From: Octopus bimaculoides
Taxonomy: Eukaryota
Direction: 5' to 3'
Assembly: GCF_001194135.2 (NCBI RefSeq)
Contig: NC_069008.1
Location: 570,829 to 634,828, forward strand
Length of the DNA: 64,000 nt
Shown: positions 12,401 through 64,000 of the stretch, piece after piece
How positions within the stretch are numbered: position 1 is the first letter of the stretch
Layout of the letters: each line of letters starts with the position of its first letter
Program-made: the position numbers and the translations under genes
The notes under the pieces: model-generated
The model's database searches: none
Told to the model about the DNA's origin: nothing
The model's input: only the letters and a program-made list of their open reading frames with translations

Positions 12401-13064
12401 GGACCTAGATGAGGGTTAGGGTTCAACGCCCTAGCTGTCAAAGCAACTCCCAATGCCATTCTTGTTCCTTCAGGCAGAATTATTCCACCAAACCTTCCTC
12501 CGTGTTTCTCCCTTCCATCTCACAAATGATGGTACAACAAATCTCCTCCCCTTCCCCCTCCCCTTCCTCCTCCTCTTCCTATCTTCTTCAGCTTCAAAAT
12601 GCTTCCAAAAACGAAGACGTATCTGATTTTCCTGGATAAGCTGTTTATTGAAGCTTTCCATCTCCCAATATGATCAACAACACAGTATTTCTCTCTCCCC
12701 TCGGGGCAGAGTTATTACAGCTTACACTGGTGTGGTGGTGGTGTGGGCAGCCCCTGGTCAGTCTCAATCCAGCAGTTAACCAAATGACCAGGTACCACCC
12801 TCATCTCTCTAGCTACTGAACTATTTTTTTGCTTGTGGGCCATTTAGATTCCTATTTCTTTCTTACAGGACATCCATTGGCATTCGATGTATATTTAAAA
12901 AATCCTATTTTTGTGACTGTGTGGTAATCAGTTTGCTTCCCAACCACATGGTTCCAGGTTCAGTCTCACTGCATGGCACCTTGGACAAGTCTTCTACTAT
13001 AGCCACAGGCTAACCAGAGCCTTGTGGGTAGATTTGGTAGATGGAAACTGAAAGAAGCTTCTCA

Positions 13065-13100
<36 letters not shown>

Positions 13101-13645
13101 TATATACATATTATAATATTATGGATAAAATCCAAAATTACAGGTAAAAACTCAATTAAAATCAATTTATTAAAAATTAAAATTAAATTGAGTTTCATTC
13201 TGTAGCTGAACAAGATAGGGAGAGGAGGAGGATGAGGAGGAGATTTGTTGTGCCATCATTTGTTAGATGAGTTCATGAACTTTGATTCTTTTCCCTAAAA
13301 CTATATANNNNNNNNNNNNNNNNNNNNNNNNNNNNNNNNNNNNNNNNNNNNNNNNNNNNNNNNNNNNNNNNNNNNNNNNNNNNNNNNNNNNNNNNNNNNN
13401 NNNNNNNNNNNNNNNNNNNNNNNNNNNNNNNNNNNNNNNNNNNNNNNNNNNNNNNNNNNNNNNNNNNNNNNNNNNNNNNNNNNNNNNNNNNNNNNNNNNN
13501 NNNNNNNNNNNNNNNNNNNNNNNNNNNNNNNNNNNNNNNNNNNNNNNNNNNNNNNNNNNNNNNNNNNNNNNNNNNNNNNNNNNNNNNNNNNNNNNNNNNN
13601 NNNNNNNNNNNNNNNNNNNNNNNNNNNNNNNNNNNNNNNNNNNNN

Positions 13646-14135
13646 CTTACCAACCACATGGTTCCGGGTTCATTCCCACTGCGTGGCATCTTGGCGAAGT
13701 GTCTTCTACTATAGCCTCGGGCTGACCAAAGCCTTGTGAGTGGATTTGGTAGACGGAAACTGAAAGAAGTCCGTCGTATATATATATATATATATATGAC
13801 CGCAGCCACTTGGCTGAAACCCATTAATAAATAAAAAAATAAATATATATATATATGTGTGTGTATGTGTGCGTGTGTATGTTTGTGTCTGTGTCCCCCC
13901 AACATCGCTTGACAACCGATGCTGGTGTGTTGACGTCCCCGTAACTTACCTGTCAGGCATAAGAGATCGATTGAATAAGTACTAGGCTTACAAAGAATAA
14001 GTCNNNNNNNNNNGATTGAATAAGTACTAGGCTTACAAAGAATAAGTCCTGGGGTCGATTTGCTCGACTAAAGGCGGTGCTCCAGCATGGCCGCAGTCAA
14101 ATGACTGAAACAAGTAAAAGAGTAAAGAGTAAAAG
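13646..14135 (+). mobile_element. SINE family A copy immediately upstream of the GCN1 start
   Basis: Same body and tail as 9239-9610; 10-N gap inside. Confidence 0.85.
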
Positions 14136-14242
14136 AGTATATAGATAGATAGATAGATAGATAGATATATATAGGCATATACACGCTACTAGTACCATGA
14201 CGACGATGACGACGACGGCAGAGAAACTCCGTCCTCAGCCCC

Positions 14243-14253
14243 TCACGTCATTT
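14243..14253 (+). promoter_or_regulatory. CRE-like site (TCACGTCA) overlapping an Inr-like TCATTT, ~20 nt before the GCN1 ATG
   Basis: Motif match only; position is consistent with a core promoter. Confidence 0.35.
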
Positions 14254-14270
14254 CATATTGCACAACCAAC

Positions 14271-58227
<43,957 letters not shown>

Positions 58228-58769
58228 NNNNNNNNNNNNNNNNNNNNNNNNNNNNNNNNNNNNNNNNNNNNNNNNNNNNNNNNNNNNNNNNNNNNNNNNN
58301 NNNNNNNNNNNNNNNNNNNNNNNNNNNNNNNNNNNNNNNNNNNNNNNNNNNNNNNNNNNNNNNNNNNNNNNNNNNNNNNNNNNNNNNNNNNNNNNNNNNN
58401 NNNNNNNNNNNNNNNNNNNNNNNNNNNNNNNNNNNNNNNNNNNNNNNNNNNNNNNNNNNNNNNNNNNNNNNNNNNNNNNNNNNNNNNNNNNNNNNNNNNN
58501 NNNNNNNNNNNNNNNNNNNNNNNNNNNNNNNNNNNNNNNNNNNNNNNNNNNNNNNNNNNNNNNNNNNNNNNNNNNNNNNNNNNNNNNNNNNNNNNNNNNN
58601 NNNNNNNNNNNNNNNNNNNNNAATTGGCATAAAATAGTCGTGGCCAAGCAGCAGCAATGAAAATGGAGCAGAATTTATGAGAGTTGAGTGGTGAGTGCGA
58701 GTGTGAGTGTTGAGGAAAGCAAGGAACTTGTTGAGGGGAGAAATGAAATTTTTTTTTTTTAATTATTTC

Positions 58770-58775
58770 AATAAA
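58770..58775 (+). promoter_or_regulatory. Likely GCN1 polyadenylation signal (AATAAA cluster)
   Basis: AATAAA at 58770 with further copies to about 58790, followed by a G/T-rich tract at about 58816-58850. Confidence 0.6.
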
Positions 58776-58894
58776 TAAACAAATAAATAAATTTTGTGCA
58801 AAACTAAAAAAAAAATTGTGGTTTTTTTTTTTTGTATTTTTGTTTTAAATTTGTTGGCGAGAGACATGCATTTAGACAAACAATGATGATGGTT

Positions 58895-58985
58895 GTCCAG
58901 CAGACCTATGATCAAAGACGTTCCAGCTGTGACCATCCTGTCTTTTATTCAGCCATAGTGTACCTAGGACTACATTATCCAATGG
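58895..58985 (+). repeat. L-family partial unit just 3' of GCN1
   Basis: cagcagacctatgatcaaagacgttccagctgtgaccatcctgtcttttattcagccatagtgtacctaggactacattatcc. Confidence 0.88.
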
Positions 58986-59487
58986 ATCCTAAGTTTTCAT
59001 CATGTTTTGTACATCATTTGCAATGAAATAACATAACGTAGAGAGAGGAAAGCAGAGACAGAAACGTGTGTGCAATTTTAAAATTGCATGACCTTCAAGC
59101 ATGGTGCCACATAAAAAGCCCCCCAGGTGCCACATACCCCCCCCCAGTTGGCAGAGTGGCTGTGTGGTAAGTAGCTTGTGGTAAGTATTTAAAATTAATT
59201 GCAAGAAACAGAGTGCCTCAACAAAAATATGGTAACAAAAGCAGAAAACATAAGAGGAGATCTCAGTATGCTAGAAATAATAGCCTAAATTTCCTCCAAT
59301 CCACACCCTTCCTACTGCTTCTTATGTCCATCTGCCCAAATGTAGAGGTGTGTGCAGCAATTTTAGGGGAGGGGATGAGTCAATTACATCAACCCCAGTG
59401 TTCAACTGGCTAAAGGTGCAGGCTTGAGTGGGTGGTAATGGGCTTGCTTCTCAATCTCTTCCTATATATGATGTCTATGCAGATGGA

Positions 59488-59937
59488 TGGTCTGAAATGG
59501 GCTTCAAAGGGTCAAAGGGTCAACTGTCAGAAATTCTATTGAATTGAATAGCAAATTTCTATTCAGGATGTGGTCAGTTGAGTGTATTGTGTGTTGTGTG
59601 GAGTGAATAAAAGATGGTGTGAAAGAGTTTAGGAAGAAATTGTTTTTTTTCTTTTATTCCATGTGTTTCTTGTTTTGGTGGGGTGGTAGGGAAGGAATTA
59701 TTTTTGTGTCAAAACATTTTTTACTTCCTTTTTATTCAGAATATGCTCAGAAGTATGTTTATAGTGTGTTAAATGGATAAGACACACAATACATACACAA
59801 ACGCACACACACACACACATACACAGATGACCACATCCTGAATAGATATTTGTTATTTGTTTGAAAAGAGTTCTTTTCAATTGAACAGAACTTCTGACGG
59901 TTGACCTCATGACCCTTTGAACCCCATTTCAGACCAC
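59488..59937. mobile_element. ~450-bp element with ~90-bp diverged TIRs between GCN1 and S6K
   Basis: tggtctgaaatgggcttcaaagggtca...attcaggatgtggtca versus tgaccacatcctgaat...tgaccctttgaaccccatttcagacca. Confidence 0.75.
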
Positions 59938-60581
59938 CTACATAAACAACAAGTATAATTCTTTTACTTGTTTCAGTCATTTGACTGTGGCCATGCTGGA
60001 GCACCACCTCAAGAGGTTTTAGTGGAACAAATCCACCCCAGGACTTAATTATTTGTAAGTCTAATACTTATTCTATCGGTTACTTTTGCTAAACTGCTAA
60101 GTTACGAGGACATAAACACACCAATATCACTTGTAAAGCAATGGTGGGCGGAGGAGACATACACAGACACACCAATACACACATATATACGCATAATGAG
60201 TTTCTGTCTACCAAATCCACTCACAAGGCTTTAATAATAATAATAATAATAATGATGATAATAATAATATATATATATATATGCAGGGTCACCCAAAAAT
60301 AGGTTTACGGTTACCATGTGGGCATAAGACTAGCTTGTATGGTCTGGCTAAGTCAAAATGTTTTTTGTATTCCTTCTTTCTACTTGGAGAGTTTAAATTT
60401 GATTATAAAAATATGTCTTCTGTTTAAATGTAATTTCATTAAATTTCTATGTCTTTGTGCCGCTGAGGATTGCTCTACTTTTTTATATTTGATGTAATGT
60501 TTACATTGCTCAGTTAAATGGAGTCGCATGAAACGATCGTACTGCATTACCTTTGGATATTTTTGTTGTTTATTTTGATTT

Positions 60582-60632
<51 letters not shown>

Positions 60633-60889
60633 GTGGCCGGGAAATAAAAAAAAACAAACGTTTATCTCCGCACCTTACGGACATATCCGACTATCGGCAA
60701 CATCCGTTAACCTGAAAAGAGGGCAAGAAGTGGGCCTCTGTTTCTTTTATTTATTTATTTTTTTGTCTGAGAGATGTTGAGCAGCATAAGGTTAGACGAC
60801 GACGAGGTACAATTACATTAATATTAATAATAATAATAAATAATCATAAACGATAATCAACAAAGGTTAAAACGTGGACTTCCATTCAG

Positions 60890-60925
60890 ATGGCCTGGAA
60901 AGTCGACGCAAGCGAGATCGAGAGA
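60890..60925 (+). CDS. Candidate short upstream exon of S6K (MAWKVDASEIER)
   Basis: ATGG start, 12 codons, consensus donor GTAAGT at 60926; no homology support. Confidence 0.3.
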
Positions 60926-61927
60926 GTAAGTAAGAGAGGGAGGAGGAGAATAAAGTAAGAGAGAGTGAGTCACAAGATAGCAAAGTAGGCGAAAGAGGAG
61001 GTGGAGTCGAAGCTAAGGAGTGTGAGATGGATAAAGTGAAGGAGAAATGTTGATTAGAGGAGGGAGTGTGACGTAAGAGCCAGGGAAAAAAATAAAGGGA
61101 GAGAAGGAAGTATTATGAGAGTAGGAGAAAGCGATGGAGTAAGAGCGAGAGTAGGAGAAAGCGATGGAGTAAGAGAGGAACCGAGACGTGAAAGGGGGAG
61201 ATGACTAACAAGGGAGAAAACTATGTGTGTGTGTCAATGAGTGGGATTAACAGGAAGAGGAATGGGAGGAGATTGAAAGTTAACTGCGTAAAAAGAAAGG
61301 GGGAGATAAAACGTGTAAAGCGAAATAGAGAGAGAAACCGGGAAGAAAAATTAGTAGAAATAGATAGATAGAGAGAGAAAGAGAGAGGTGAAGGGGAGGG
61401 AGTCACTCACTGTAAGAGGAAGAGAAAATAAAGAGAGAGAGGAAGAAAATAATGTGGGGGAGAGTAGAGAGTGAGATGAGTGGGAGGACAAAGGCAAAAA
61501 GCAGTGGTAAGAGATACAATATATACGAAGGCGTTGACGTCGGGAGAGTAATAAAGAGCGAGAGAGGAAAACTAAGAAATAGAACGAGTAAGTATATGAA
61601 AGGGGTGAGCGAAGAGAGAGAAACCATATGTGAATATAGGTAGAGAGAGAGAGAGATGAAAATAGAGTGGGAGGCGATAGGAAGAGGAATGGGAAGAGAT
61701 GAAAATAATAGTTAGAGTTTGTTTTTGTTTTGTTTTTCTTTAGCGTGTGAAAGAGAGAGAAAGAGAAAGTATAGAGGGGGAGAAAAGTAAGAGAGAAAGA
61801 GAGAGAGAGAGAGAGATACACATGTGTGTGAGAGAGAAAAAGAGAGAGATACACACAGATTTAGAGTCTATTTATGTGTGTATATGTATATACGTACACA
61901 TATATAGTATAATATACACACGTACAC

Positions 61928-61972
<45 letters not shown>

Positions 61973-62378
61973 TATGGTGTGGTATGTGTGTGTGTAATAT
62001 ATATATATATATACATATATATATAAATATATTCACTTCAAGTAAGTACTTGGAGTGCGGAAGCGGCGGCCACTGTTTGAACTGGCCGACTTATTTATAC
62101 ACCGACCTTTAAAAACAACGAAAGTACACACATATATATTTGTAGATAACTCACATATACACATTCATACATATATACTCACACACAGATATATATATAT
62201 ACATACATACATATATGTATGTATCTGTAATTGAAGGATTAATTAGCGAACGAGAGAGAGAGAGAGGCGACACTAATTAACACAAATAGAAACTAACAAC
62301 AACAACAACAACAACATTTTTAACGGAGGTGAACAGGATCCACCCTGATCGCCCCAGGGTGCCGCCACTACATTCAGG

Positions 62379-62486
62379 ATGAGCAACCAAATAACGGCCG
62401 GTGTCTTTGATATCGACCTGGACGCGCCCGTAGCCGAAGAGGAAGAACTGTCCGACGATGATTGCTTCCTGGACGTTCAAATACCG
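62379..62486 (+). CDS. RPS6KB1: Ribosomal protein S6 kinase beta (p70 S6K), first/major N-terminal coding exon (MSNQITAGVFDIDLDAPVAEEEELSDDDCFLDVQIP)
   Basis: AGVFDIDLD is identical to the p70 S6K1 N-terminus (MAGVFDIDLD) with TOS motif FDIDL at 62406-62420, followed by an acidic stretch; phase-0 donor GTAAAT at 62487; rest of the gene lies beyond the window. Confidence 0.88.
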
Positions 62487-63739
62487 GTAAATTAATATCT
62501 GTATATATCTATATATATGTATATATATATATACACATCATTTATTACTTTATTATATATCCCCATCACTCTTTCTTTGTGTCATTTTTATTCATTCATC
62601 TCTCCCATCCTATATCTCTCTCTCTTTCTCTACACACACACATTTATGTCCTTATTCTCTTCTTTTTCTGTCGCTCCCCCCTCTCTACATCTCTATTAAA
62701 CGTCTCAACTTTATATACATCATATATATACATACAAATCGACGTATACACTCACACATCCTTGTATTTCTCTCTCTTCTTATTCTTTCTCTACCTCTGT
62801 GTCTCTTGAACGTTTCAAGTTACATACATTCTGTGTATATATACATACACGTATGTATGTGTGAATATATATATATATATACACACATACACGTAAGGCT
62901 TTATATTCTACGTATATACTCGCAAAGATTATATAATATATATATATAGATATATACATATGTACATACATATATACACACACACATGTATATATAGAAA
63001 TATATATACATAGATATAAGTATATATATATATATATATATACATACATACACACACACACACATATATATATACATATATAATAATATTANNNNNNNNN
63101 NACACACACACATATATATATACATATATAATAATATTAGGGACAAAATCCAAAATTACAGGTAAAAACTCAATTAAAATCGATGAGTTCTTGAAACTTG
63201 GTTCTTTTCCCTAAAACTATGTATATATACATATATATACATATATATGTATGTGACCGGCACTCTGTATAAATATGTCGCACACACACACGTGTGTGTG
63301 TGTGTGTGTGTGACGTATTTCTAGAGGGTGCCGGTGATACCCAGGTTATTTCACTATTCATTCAAATTGCCTTATTTGCTTCTATCCTTGTTAATGATTT
63401 TGTGGTGTTGATGACGACGATGATGATGATGATGATAACGCCTCCTTTTGTTGTTGTACCCCATTCTTTCCCACCCTACTAAAGGCACAAATCTATATTT
63501 TATTTCTTTTTTTACGTCAATCGGTTCGATCACACACACACACATCTATATTTATGCTTACGTATGTGTGTGTGTACATATTATTACATTATTCTAAGTA
63601 CACACACACACGCGCGTATATAAGACATATGTGCACACATCCGAACAGTGCTTTTTCATTACTAATATGTATTCTACATTCTGTTATGTAACCCACATAC
63701 ATTATGTATGTATATTGCGTGTTTATGTGAATCTATATT

Positions 63740-64000
63740 TGTGTGTATATTTGTATATATATGTATGTATATATATATATGTATGTATATATATATATGT
63801 ATATATATATATGTATATATATATATGTATATATATATATGTATATATATATATGTATGTGTATATATATATATGTATATATATATATGTATGTATATAT
63901 ATATATGTATGTATATATATATATGTATGTATATATATATATGTATGTATATATATATATGTATGTATATATATATATGTATGTATATATATATATGTAT
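63740..64000. repeat. (TATATATATG[TATG])n compound satellite
   Basis: Direct inspection. Confidence 0.95.

Noticed and set aside
12262-12661. E/G/R-rich minus-strand ORFs
   Set aside because: Products of a polypurine repeat; stops in all frames nearby.
13960-14040. Apparent direct duplications flanking 10-N gaps (also about 20880-20960, 52590-52630, 53740-53810, 63060-63140)
   Set aside because: Typical unmerged contig overlaps; assembly artefacts.

Overview
Eukaryotic, microsatellite- and repeat-rich genomic scaffold with many N gaps. The repeat families and (TA)n/(CA)n density suggest an octopus or other coleoid cephalopod; this is an inference. The window holds an almost complete + strand GCN1 gene (eIF2-alpha kinase GCN2 activator, HEAT-repeat protein). 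I traced 50 coding exons by hand from ATG 14271 to 58227. All visible junctions are GT-AG, and phases match across every intron not broken by a gap. About 8.05 kb of CDS is visible; the end of one exon, at least one further exon and the stop codon lie in N gaps. About 4 kb downstream on the same strand is the first coding exon of a p70 S6 kinase (MSNQITAGVFDIDLD, TOS motif FDIDL), which the ORF track misses. The rest is SINEs, RTE-type LINE 3' ends, mariner/hAT relics and MITEs, a candidate solo LTR and satellites. Most interesting: (1) a bipartite repeat whose two halves separately form ~125-bp and ~107-bp tandem arrays, the ~125-bp arrays filling GCN1 introns right behind splice donors; (2) a ~110-aa low-complexity basic/acidic insertion in GCN1 with nested in-frame alternative donors; (3) a candidate out-of-frame overlapping uORF at the GCN1 start; (4) GCN1-S6K adjacency and a candidate upstream S6K exon; (5) several long intronic fold-back hairpins that could be ADAR substrates; (6) three perfect CRE sites spaced 10 bp apart. 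None of these is shown to be a new system; all are hypotheses from sequence alone.
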